Source of the DNA: Octopus sinensis
Lineage: Eukaryota
Length of the DNA stretch: 64,000 bases
Reading direction: 5' to 3'
NCBI RefSeq assembly: GCF_006345805.1
Contig: NC_042997.1
Location: 159,712,001 to 159,776,000 of the forward strand
In this document: positions 26,995 to 38,269 of the stretch, piece by piece
Layout of the letters: each line of letters starts with the position of its first letter
Position numbering within the stretch: position 1 is the first letter of the stretch
Made by a program: the position numbers and the translations under genes
Notes under the pieces: generated by a model
Seen by the model: the letters and a program-made list of their open reading frames with translations, nothing else
What the model was told of the DNA's origin: nothing
The model's database searches: none

Positions 26995-28220
26995 AATGTA
27001 ATACCAAGAGGGAATCATACTAGGTTGTTGCAAAACGTCGTTGTAAAGTTTTGTTGGCAGTTCATGGCTCTCTGGGAAGGCATTCAACCAGAAGTTAGGA
27101 ATTTTATTCTTTCTTGGAGACTGCCATTTGCTTGACTTCCTGAGAGATCTTACATCTTCTACCTTGATACCCTCCCACTTTTGCTCTTCTAAGGAGTCTA
27201 AGTCTGTAGATATTCTATTAATACAGGGTGGTTTTCATTCTGTGTTTTTTTCTTCTGCCCAAATATTATTCCAAAATTTCTGCACTTCTTTTGATGGGTG
27301 AGACTTTACTGTAACTGGTATTTCCCCTTGTCTTCCTGTAAAAAGATTTGGGGGTATTTTTAAACATATTATTGTCCTTGAAGAATCTAACGCGCTTTTC
27401 ATACCTTGCTATGCGGGCAGCTTTAGCACACACCTTTTGCTTGATGGTTTCTATGGTGGCATCAATGTCAAGTATGATTTTTATATTATATTTTTTCTTT
27501 AATTTTCCGGTATCTGTAGGTTTGGTAGTTTTGTCAAACTTAAGGTTTTCCAAACATTCTATGTTAGACCTATATGGTGGTATTGATGTCAAATATAGTT
27601 TTCATATATATGAAAACGATATTTGGCATCGATACCACCATAGAAACTATCAAGTACAAGGTATGTACTAAAGTTACTGGCATAGCAAAGTATCAAAAGC
27701 GCGTTAGGTCCCTCGAGCACAAAAATATGTTTTAAAATTTCTTAATCCAGTTATGTGGTAGTCTATCAAAAGCTGTTTTATAGTCAATCTAGGCTATTGA
27801 CAAGTTTTGTGTCAATTGTGACAATCTTCTAAGATCATCTTATTGATGAGTAGCTGGTCTTTACAACCATAGCATCCACGTTTACATCCTTTTTGCTCAT
27901 TAGGGAATATGCCACTTTATATTAAAAGACTATAGGTATATTTAGTCAGGACAGATGTTAGCGTTTTATAAATTGTTGTTAAGCAGGTTATGTATCTCTA
28001 ATATTTTGGTCCATTTGTTTGGTCCATTAACTAACCAAGAGGGAATCATACTAGGTTGTTGCTAAGCGTCGTTGTAAAGTTCTGTTAGTAGTTCATGACT
28101 CTCTGGGAAGTTATTTATTCTGAAGTTAGGAAGTTTATCCTTTCCTGGAGACTGCCATTTGTTTGACTTCTCGAGAGCAGATCTTACATCTTCTACCTTA
28201 TACCCTCCCACTTTTGCTCC
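26995..28220 (-). mobile_element. Dong/R4-like LINE RT-region fragments with an internal duplication
   Basis: IKQKVCAKAARIARYEKRVRFFKDNNMFKNTPKSFY is homologous to the pre-RT region of family A. 26995-27190 is repeated at about 28035-28220. Confidence 0.7.
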
Positions 28221-29337
28221 TTAGGTTTTGAAACTTCACTGTTATCAGACCAGCTGTTATGAAATTACCCCCCATTGTTTATAATAATGTATAGTGTGAT
28301 TTGTGGGAAATATAGCTGTTATATCTAGCAATTCGAATGATTAAATAAAGATACTGTTGTTACAACACTTCGTGAGCTATAATAACTAGCGGAATATATT
28401 TTGCATATATATTTAAAAGAAGGGTGGAATTCAAAATAGTTTTATCTGCATTTGAGTTATTGGATCTAAGTGACTTAGATGACATTGCTATTGCAGTTAG
28501 AAGGGCTAAGAATGGAGATGAATTAACCCTTTTGAAACACTTCAGTCGACAGTTAAAGATTCCTTAAAATCCAGTCGTCTTGTATGCAACGACGAACGAT
28601 TTGTTAAGAATCTCTCAATCAATGTGATTATTGGAAGGCTGAAGTTTTTAAATGACCATCTCTTTACTGGAATTTTCACAATCAGCTATAGTTAGAAATT
28701 ATACAAGACATCAAATCTACAATATGGTTTATAACGAAATTGGTGTGTCATGTGCGAAATAAGGTCTCTTATAAATGTTATCCTTAGGAATCACTGAGTG
28801 ACGGAAAAATTTCATGGAAATATAGAAGTGAATAGTTTACAATAAAATTATGGATGGTTGAGATAAGAGCAATAGTCAGAATTTTCCTAAGTTAAAAGGT
28901 TTGTTTTGCTAAGCTTTAATGATGCAGTAGTCTGTTTCTATGCACGTTCATAAAGAAGTAAGCAGTACCAAATTAGATGAGTTTAGCCCCAGCTCTTAAA
29001 CATACAATTCTAATGTTGGGGGTTGGAATACCATCTTGTTATATTTTGATGAATAAAGCAACTGTCAGTGCTGGTAACTATATTGACAGGAGATTAAGAG
29101 AGTGCTGAAGAAAAGGAAACTCTAGAAAGAGATATGTTGTGTATTCCAAAACGAAATTGGTAAGGAAATGTCTACCAATTCTACTTGTCAGTGTGCAGTT
29201 GTAAATTAGGCTCATTTGGGGTGCAATGGGAAGGAGAAACAGTCAGATAATAGTTAGTAGCGCCCTGAAATTAACATAGGTCATTACTTTTCAAAATGAT
29301 CTAACACATGAAATATATTTCTCTTGTCTTCCTAAAG

Positions 29338-29517
29338 CCGAATGTCCGACGTCAGCCGGCTATACTTACCAACCAGAATTGAGATTGTGTTATCAAATAG
29401 GCTCCACGATAACTTCATGGAATAAGGCTGCAGACAATTGCAATAAGGATCGAGGACGACTTATTCACATTAAAAATGAGGAAGTCATGAACTATCTAAA
29501 AACAATATTATCATGGG
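29338..29517 (+). CDS. C-type lectin gene B, internal exon
   Basis: Acceptor CTTCCTAAAG ending at 29337. Reads ECPTSAGYTYQPELRLCYQIGSTITSWNKAADNCNKDRGRLIHIKNEEVMNYLKTILSW. Donor GTGAGC at 29518. Phase 1 at both ends. Confidence 0.92.
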
Positions 29518-29630
29518 GTGAGCAACATTTTACTATTTAATACATACATACAACACGTTCTCTCTCTCATTCTGTCTGACTGTCTGTCTGTCTGTCTCTC
29601 TCTCTCTCACACACACACACGCACACACAC

Positions 29631-29687
<57 letters not shown>

Positions 29688-30913
29688 CATATATATACAA
29701 AGGTACACATGATATACCTCATATTATAAACTATAACAGATTTAATGTCACTCAAAATTGCAATTTCCTCCCATTTTGCAAACAAAATTCCGTTTTCCTG
29801 CTAATGTTTCTCTGATTTGTACACTATGTTCTGAGTGTTTCTCTTTTTGGGAATTTATCAAATGTAATAATTTAATTTCATTTATTGTTTAAAGATTTAT
29901 ATTGTCATTTACTGCCAATGAGTTTACAAAAGAAAATAACTTTGCCAGTTAAGAATAACTTAAGTAATGATTTATTTTAGATTTTGTACTGTTTGTTATA
30001 CGTAAAAATTCGAATAGATAGTTGAAACTAAGAAAATATATTTATTATAAAACGTATTGTTATAAATATTTAGAGAATTTAACGTATGAATTTTCTTTTG
30101 AATCAATCTTTTCTTTCTATGGAACATCTTTCGGACTACACCCTCTTCAGTATTAATAACGACAGTAGTATCATGTCGAGTTAGAGTATTGAGTTTCCCT
30201 ATTACAGATACATTATTGACAATATAAATACAGTCTCAACGAAATAATCCTCCTTTGAATTTTGATTTTGGTTTTTATCAATACAACATCAATGCTTGTA
30301 GGAGAATGCAAGAGTCGATTAAATTAATCAACGAATTCATAATAGTCATCCTTTTAAATTCCAATAACTTGAAAGGTTCAGTCTGTTTAGTTTTGAATTC
30401 ATATGCAAACAGAAGAAATAGATAATTTACTTGCTATATAGCCAGCATTAGACAATAATTTGCGGTTAATTTCATTTTATATACGAAGAACATGAAAACA
30501 TAGTGTATTTTGAAATATTTCGTCACAGTTGCTGAAATGTTCTTGCCGCCAGAATCGACGAAGAGATTTCAGTATCTAGTTTACTGATGTACGTAACAAG
30601 AAATCAATTTAAATTAATATATACGTTAGGTTATGTGATTACTTTGCCATAATTCAAAATTTTTCGCTAATTTTCCAGTACACTAAAATTACGGCGCACA
30701 CAAGCAGGTCATATGTGGGTTCTAAGTGTGCTGCGACACAGTGAGGAAAAATATGTACACTGAATGAGCGTTCATCTTACAGAAGATGGGAGTCGACTGT
30801 TTCTCGAAATGCAGTGTATAGTCAAGTATACACCATGTAAACACAAATAAGACAGGATGTCATGAGTAATCTGAACTAAATATCAACAATCACACCAGCA
30901 ACAACAACAACAG

Positions 30914-30970
<57 letters not shown>

Positions 30971-31083
30971 ACTACTACTACTACTACTACAAGACAATAT
31001 ATTTGCTCAAACATGTATCGAATTATAACGAATGTCTACAAGCTGATTATTAATCAAATTTTTTGTTTTCCGTTTGTTTTCAG

Positions 31084-31316
31084 TTGCGGCGCAGTCAGGT
31101 CAGTATTATATTGGATCAAGTAGAGATCTTAACAAGAACGTCTTTGTATGGCAAACTGGAGAAGCACTAACATATTCTCGTTGGTTTTATCCTAATCCCT
31201 CTGGTGGAAATGAACACTGTGTTAGCCTTGTGCCAACCGCAGATTTCGGATGGAATGACGTTCCTTGTCGCAACCCGAACATAGGGATGCAAATATGCGA
31301 GATAGTTGTTCTATAA
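31084..31316 (+). CDS. C-type lectin gene B, terminal exon
   Basis: Acceptor TTGTTTTCAG ending at 31083, phase 1. Reads AAQSGQYYIGSSRDLNKNVFVWQTGEALTYSRWFYPNPSGGNEHCVSLVPTADFGWNDVPCRNPNIGMQICEIVVL*. Confidence 0.92.
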
Positions 31317-31361
31317 ATGTTTGGCAGAACGAAACGTAATTCCACACACACACACACACAA

Positions 31362-31410
<49 letters not shown>

Positions 31411-32353
31411 CATTCACACACACACATACACATACACGGACACACACTATATATATATAAATATTTATATATATATATATATATATACATACATATATAT
31501 ATACACATATACACACACGCGCGCACGTACACACACACGAACGCACGAACACACACTCACAAACCCACACATGCACACACAAATGTAATGTTAACTTTGG
31601 TTGTGATTGGTCAGAAATTTACCATTGGTTACACATCTCTTGTTGCTATTAGTAACACAAGCGATAAACCAGATGGAGGCACATAACGTCCTTACTAATG
31701 GAGATAGAAGTTTGAAAAAAAAAGTCTTAAACGAAATTCTTCGAGGGGAAAAACCCTTCTTGGTGAAGTGGAGCTATTTCTCATTGACCAGTTTTAGTTG
31801 TGTCCGGACGAGTAAGATTATGTACAATTTCCGTTCACAAGTCAGTAGGCAAGGAATTCCATCTCTTGAGCTAGTAATTTTCTCATAAGAGCATCTCACT
31901 TTCAAAATTGTGAATACTCACCTAGGGACTTCTGAAATTCAAAAAATGTTTTTATTTTGTCCTCTTATGTCGAAAGATTTGCATTGAAAGCATGGAATTC
32001 TCCGCTTGCTGACAACTGATGAAAAACCGTATATGAACTGACACAATTAAAATACAAGTGGAAATGGTCAAGGGGGAATGAATCCGTAGCACCCACAAGA
32101 TTTTCCTTCGAAGAATGTCGTTTCAGGTTTTTTGTTACAATCCAGACTGACTCATACTGTATTTTTAGTTCCGTTAGTAAAGTGGTTCCCTGCTTCAAAC
32201 CAGCAAATCTGATGTGTCACTTATATTAAGAACGGTAATACACGTGAAACTAATTGTAACGTTTTGGCCGGCCATATCCAGCGACTACGCAAAACATAAT
32301 TCTTTTAAATATCTTTCAGAGTTTGCATATTGGTACTAATGAACAAGCGACCG

Positions 32354-32600
<247 letters not shown>

Positions 32601-32631
32601 AAGAAAAAATATTATAGATACTTGGTGCATC

Positions 32632-32990
32632 TTATTTGTATCACAATGGAAACGTAATGCAAAAAGTGATACTTATAAGATTAAGGATAAAAAAAACCGG
32701 ATCAACACATCAACCAGTTTCAAAATACAGTCCTGAAATTAGTTATTACGTAATTCAAGCCCGGAAAATATACTTACGTTTCCTTGGAGATACCCGGCAA
32801 TATATGCTTTCTTACATCTACAATCGTTTGAATGTTGATGATTCAAACATGCTGTCGGATTGAAACATGTGTAGGATTTTGAGAGGATATTTTTTGGTTG
32901 CTTTGTTGATCCGTTTTCTTTTATCCTTATTCTTACATGTATCACTTTTACTTTGCATTACTTTTCCATTTTGATACAAATAAAATGAAT
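32632..32990. repeat. Imperfect inverted repeat (about 105-bp arms, about 130-bp spacer)
   Basis: TTATTTGTATCACAATGGAAACGTAATGCAAAAAGTGATAC...GGATCAAC at 32632-32740 matches the reverse complement of 32875-32990. Confidence 0.8.
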
Positions 32991-33352
32991 CAAGCATCTA
33001 TTTATTTTTCTCCATTTTATTTTATTATCTTTATACTTTATTAGAGTGTTTATACATATATATTGAGAACCTTTATTTCAATATACTTGATAAAGCCAGA
33101 TTGCATCTGAATTGTTATTAGTAATCCCTTACTTATTATGTGGTTTCTATGAAGACTGCTTTGGGTATTTACTTATGGAATTCTGGGGCGATAAATCATG
33201 CTATATAATTATAAGCTAAGAATCAGAAACCAAAAATAGAAAAAAAGTTATGCAAAGATATATATACACATATTTAACTGTGCTCACATGCAAATATATG
33301 CATATATTTGTACATTATCATGGGTATGTTATAATCAACCCTCATAGACTTA

Positions 33353-34645
33353 CGAGGGGCGTTCAATAAGTAATGGCCCTGACCCACTTCCCATAGCAGT
33401 AGAGCAACGAAACTTGGCACAGTTATTAGTCTTTTTCTACATAGGAACCACCCAGAGTTACGCATTTCTCCCATTGTTTGATGCAGCTCTGGAGATCGTT
33501 TTTGTAGAAGACCCCAGCTTGGTCCTCCAACCACGACGTGACTTCAGAAATCAAGGCTGCATCATCTGGGAAACGCTTTCCTTTCAAAAACAACTTCATG
33601 GCTGAGAAGAGGGGAAAATCAGAGGGTGCAAGGTCAGTAGAGTAGGGGGGATGGGGGATGAGTTCATAGCCGCACGCCTGTGCTTCTGATCTGGCGACAC
33701 GCGAGTTGTGGACTGGAGCGTTGTCCTGCAGGAGGAGGATGCCTTTGCTGATCTTGCCCCGCCTCTTGATTTTGATAGCTTCTCTTAATTTCCTCAAAAG
33801 TGAAGCATAATAGACTCCTGTAATTGTGGTACCCTTTGCCAAGAAATCTATTATAATTACTCCGTCCTGGTCCCAGAAGACTGTGAGCATGACCTTGCCA
33901 GCGGAGGGCTGCACCCTTGCCTTCTTTGGAGAGGGTGAGTCACGGTGCTTCCACTGCATTGACTGGGCTTTGGTCTCTGGATCATTGTGATGGACCCAGG
34001 TTTCATCCTGTGTAATCAGACTTTTGAAAAAGTTTGACTCATCTTCTTGACACATCTCCAAATTCATACTCGAGCACTCGACGCGTTCTTGCTTCTGGAA
34101 TGGTGTGAGCAACCTGGGAATCCATCTGGCAGACACCGTTTGCATATGCAAATAGTCATGAATGATAGTTTCCACAGACCCGGTACTAATCTTGACCTCA
34201 TGGGCTATTTGGCGAATAGTTATGCGTCGATCTTCCAAAATGGCAGCCTCAGCTTGACGGACAGATGCCTCATCAATGGCAGAAGGGGGGCCACCAGATC
34301 TGGGAGCTGTTTCCACAGAGTTCCGACCATGTTTGAATTCACGATGCCAGCGTTTTACAAGGTCATATGATGGAGCATCATCACCATAAGTTACTTTCAT
34401 TTCATCAAAAGTCTCCCGTGGTGTGCGTCCTTTCAAATACAAAAACCGGATCACTGCTCGACACTCAACAGGCTCCATTTCACACTTGACTCAGTTCAAA
34501 CACCTGTGAATCAGAAACCACAATTCGTTCAGAGCTGTAATTTGCTACTTCATCTATAGAGATATAAATAATTGCACCTGCAAAATTTCAGCTAGAACAA
34601 ACAACTGCAAGTGGGTCAGAGGCATTACTTATTGAACGTCCCTCG
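33353..34645 (-). mobile_element. Full-length mariner element (irritans/Himar1-like)
   Basis: 35-bp TIRs CGAGGGGCGTTCAATAAGTAATGGCCCTGACCCAC with 3 mismatches between ends. TA on both sides (33351-52, 34646-47). Length 1293 bp. Confidence 0.95.
33426..34478 (-). CDS. mariner DD34D transposase, uninterrupted 350-aa ORF
   Basis: ATG start, HTH region, WIPRLLT linker, ITQDETW, QDNAPVH, YSTDLAPSD. 34 residues between the second and third Asp (counted by hand). Confidence 0.92.
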   Translation of the reverse strand: MEPVECRAVIRFLYLKGRTPRETFDEMKVTYGDDAPSYDLVKRWHREFKHGRNSVETAPRSGGPPSAIDEASVRQAEAAILEDRRITIRQIAHEVKISTGSVETIIHDYLHMQTVSARWIPRLLTPFQKQERVECSSMNLEMCQEDESNFFKSLITQDETWVHHNDPETKAQSMQWKHRDSPSPKKARVQPSAGKVMLTVFWDQDGVIIIDFLAKGTTITGVYYASLLRKLREAIKIKRRGKISKGILLLQDNAPVHNSRVARSEAQACGYELIPHPPYSTDLAPSDFPLFSAMKLFLKGKRFPDDAALISEVTSWLEDQAGVFYKNDLQSCIKQWEKCVTLGGSYVEKD

Positions 34646-35333
34646 TAAGTAACTAGAAGGTTTATAACTCTATTTAAGAATATTAACAACTTAGAGGGGA
34701 TAAGAGGTTTATTGGTAAAAGTATCAAAATAAGAAAACAAATTAAGAAATTATAGAGACTTGTGAGATAATATTTATAACTTACACTTTACAGAGACAGA
34801 GTCTTAAAATTTGAGGAAGGGGAGAGATAAAGATAATCCCACAGAAGTAATAGGTATGGTAGTAGTGAGAGTAGTAGGGGATATTCAAAGCGAAGGGATA
34901 TTTTATATGTTATAAGGTTACCTTTGTTATTACATACATGATTTTATAGTTTCACAGGGGTATATAATTAGGAGGCTTACTCACATAAAAGCCATTACAT
35001 AATACATAATATGATTAGTAGGGTAGAACATCATAGAAAGGAATAAATAATTTAATCACCAAAAACATGATGAAGTCAGACTAACTAGGTAGGATTATTC
35101 AAAGGACAGTAACTACATGTAGCATAACATAGTATATGCAATGCACTTTAATTCATCATATAACTCAATATCCCATGATTTTATTATATATAATACTCGG
35201 GGGTAAGTTCACATCAGATATGAAACTAAAAATTAATTTCCCCAATCTAGGTTGAAGTATAGCTCCTTCAAACGCTAATTTCGAAAATATTTAAATGCAC
35301 AGGTGACTCTATGTACGCATGATAGCCTTAGGT

Positions 35334-35600
35334 CTAATTATTATTAATCAGGCAAAATTCGTTTCCACTTTCCTTCAGTTCCCAAATCTTGCTGGATAAG
35401 GATGTACAATTGAGCCAATGTTTGAGCTTAAAAGATTTTAAAAAAATATCTATTGAACAACCTATATATATAAAGTTACCAGCTACAGTTGTGATTGTAT
35501 ACTTATGGATTACGATTTGGATTAGACATCGGCCTATTAATGGACAGTGGGGTTTAACTCTACAATTGCAACTAGGAGAATTACTACTGTTAATATTATT
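35334..35600 (-). mobile_element. Penelope-like GIY-YIG fragment
   Basis: SCNCRVKPHCPLIGRCL..IVIH...FIYIGCS...TSLSSKIWELKESG (CxC..CPL..CL followed by YIG). Confidence 0.8.
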
Positions 35601-35654
35601 AATATTCATACCATTATTATTATTAATATCAGTATTATTGCTAATCCATATATG

Positions 35655-35702
<48 letters not shown>

Positions 35703-35974
35703 ATATATATATATGCATGTATACATACATATATGTACATATATATATATATATATGTAATGTAGGATAAAATTTTTTCGAAAAAAAAATTATCAATGGC
35801 CAGCATATTAAAAATACCTTTAAAGGTTAAATTATAAACAACTTATAACTAAGGGCAAACGAAAACATTCTAATGCCAAATATGCCGAAAATTGGACATA
35901 ATGTCCATTTACCATATAACTTTTTCCAGTACGCACGCTACTCGAAAAAGGTCAACAGAAATCTCTTTAAAATT

Positions 35975-36045
35975 CCATTATTACCATATCGGAGCGATTT
36001 CAGGGTTATTTCAAAAAGAATCCTCCCTTCATCAGTGATACATGG
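35975..36045 (-). ncRNA. Type I hammerhead ribozyme
   Basis: Stem I CCAU-G-UAUCA / UGGUA-AUA-AUGG; core CUGAUGA; stem II AGGG/CCCU; GAAA; stem III AUCG-CUC-CGAU; AUA cleavage triplet, predicted cut between 35987 and 35986. Confidence 0.82.
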
Positions 36046-36660
36046 GGCAAAGAAGTAAATGAGATACTTACTCATACCCATGGAAGAAGCAAACACTAAG
36101 TCATGAGCACAACTAAGTACCCCAAATAAATCCAAAATAGAAATACTCCGGCCCATTCAAGATACGTGCGATTTGAACTGAGGCACTCACAGAGTGGGAC
36201 AGTCCGGAAGTGAACACTAAATTTATATCTAATGTAGGATAAAATTATTTCGAAAAAAAAAATTTTATCAATGGCCAGCATATTAAAAATACCTTTAAAG
36301 TTTAAATTATAAACAACTTATAAATAAGGGCAAACGAAAAAATTTCTCATGCCAAGTATGCCAAATTTTTTCGTTTGCCCTTATTTATAAGTTGTTTATA
36401 ATTTAACCTTTAAAGGTATTTTTTATATGCTGGCCATTGATAAAAAAAATTTTTCCGAAAAAACTTTATCCTACATTAGATATAAATTTAGTGTTCACTT
36501 CCGGACTCTCCCACTCTGTGAGTGCCTCAGTTCAAATCGCACGTGTCTTGAATGGGCCGGAGTATTTCTATTTTGGATTTATTTGAGGTACTTAGTTGTG
36601 TTCATGACTTAGTGTTTGCTTCTTCCATGGGTATGAGCAAGTATCTCATTTACTTCTTTG

Positions 36661-36721
36661 CCACATGTATCACTGACGAAGGGAGGATTCTTTTTGAAAT
36701 AACCCTGAAATCGCCCCGAGA
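36661..36721 (+). ncRNA. Truncated/mutated copy of the same hammerhead
   Basis: CUGACGA at 36673-36679, AGGG...CCCU, GAAA at 36707-36710, UCG-CCC-CGAG. The 3' strand of stem I is absent. Confidence 0.6.
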
Positions 36722-37477
36722 GTTATTTATGTTTAACAACTGAAAGAATTTAATAAAGGCATCTAAATATGAAACATCATGAAAGTTGTTCAAATTGAAG
36801 TTCTTCTTGAGCGTCACATTTTTCCATTTGAGACAATAGGGGATTTCAGATTGTATTTATGGAATCTTGATTTACTGTCGGGTGAATTTTTGGCCAACTC
36901 TGTACACACACACACACACACATATTTATACATATAAATATATATACACACACACTCTTACACACATTTATATATACAAAATAATATGAGAGAACAGAGA
37001 GGTAATTAATAAATTATTATTCATTAATAAAAAATCTGACAAACATCCCTTACAGATGTTTCAATTGAGACCCCCAAAAAATTAATTAATCAAATTAAAA
37101 CTTATTTGTAAGTCGAATCTCTTCAGATGTAGATACCTACCTCTGATTGTCAATTTTTTTTATTGATAAATAACAATTTTTTATTTACCTCTATTCTCTC
37201 ATCTTATTGTTATAATAAATAAAAAATATATAAACCACGGTTTATATAGTTACCTTGCAGTTGAGTATTAATGTTCAATACTCCTTGTATAGGTAATTAA
37301 CCAGAACCTTCGATGTATTCTGCTATCGGTGAATGAGGTTTGTAACCTTTAATTGTGCTTCTGTTATATATTTTTCTCTCTGCTTATTTTCCCTTATTCT
37401 TTTCTGATGAGAGCGAAGATTGTTGTTCATACACCAGTCTTCGTCGTTTATTTTTCTATAAATTTCAACTATATATA

Positions 37478-37539
<62 letters not shown>

Positions 37540-37706
37540 AAAAAGGACAAATAAACACACACACATATATATATATATATGTATTATATGTATATATGTA
37601 TGTGTATATATGTATATATATATATATATATAATTTAATAAATAAAATATATGCATACATACATACATATATGTACGTACCTACATCTACATGTATATAT
37701 ACATGC

Positions 37707-37749
<43 letters not shown>

Positions 37750-37871
37750 AATACAGGACACCACAAATAAACGTAGAACACAACGAGAAACGAAAGCATA
37801 AAAACAACTAGGAAACGGACTTTTTTTAACAATGAAAAACAGAGTACAAGACAAACAATACAAGGAATATT

Positions 37872-37934
37872 CCCCTTCATCAGCTGTCCCTGGATTGACT
37901 CAATGCGTGTTTCGAAGGTAAGGACAGAACACGC
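37872..37934 (-). ncRNA. Candidate non-circularly permuted hammerhead ribozyme (copy 1)
   Basis: Minus strand reads GCGUGU-U-CUGUCCUU-A-CCUUC-GAAA-CACGC-AUUGAGUCAAUCC-AGGGACAG-CUGAUGA-AGGGG. Confidence 0.62.
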
Positions 37935-38206
37935 CCCGACGAACTAGTCCTTCCTGCGAAAGAATTAAAATAAAATTCCTTTGCAGAGGGGTAAAAACAA
38001 AAAAAAAACAAAAAACATGACAAGAACAGGACGTAAAAGCAATACAAATAAAATACAATTACAAATAGAAAATAAAAATACAAGTCCAAAAAAATACAGT
38101 ACACATGAAGAATAGAAACAGGACAAAAAAAAAACAAACATTAAGGGCTGTCTTTTAAGCCTAGACGATGGATACATTCAGATTCGCAGGAAGGATTGTC
38201 GACGAG

Positions 38207-38269
38207 TTGTGTTCTGTCCTTACCTTCGAAACACGCATTGAGTCGATCCAGGGACAGCTGATGAAGGGG
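38207..38269 (+). ncRNA. Candidate non-circularly permuted hammerhead ribozyme (copy 2)
   Basis: Reads UUGUGU-U-CUGUCCUU-A-CCUUC-GAAA-CACGC-AUUGAGUCGAUCC-AGGGACAG-CUGAUGA-AGGGG. Stem I 38214-21/38250-57; stem III 38208-12/38231-35. Confidence 0.6.

Larger units (their letters stand above)
35759..36721. repeat. 472-bp tandem unit (about 1.3 copies) followed by an inverted copy (fold-back)
   Basis: 35759-35889 repeats directly at 36231-36362. 35987-36345 is the near-perfect reverse complement of 36363-36721, with a 17-bp spacer. Confidence 0.92.

Noticed and set aside
32835-32885. UUGAUGA...GAAACAUGUGUA motif in the spacer of the 32.6-33.0 kb inverted repeat
   Set aside because: The core C is replaced, and stems I and II cannot be drawn convincingly.
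37043-37135. Minus-strand CUGAAGA...GAAACAUCUGUA hammerhead-like motif next to (TA)n
   Set aside because: The core and a short stem III are present, but stem I does not pair in register. At best a decayed remnant.
37410-37445. CUGAUGA followed by GAGCGAAGA
   Set aside because: There is no GAAA and no stem I partner.
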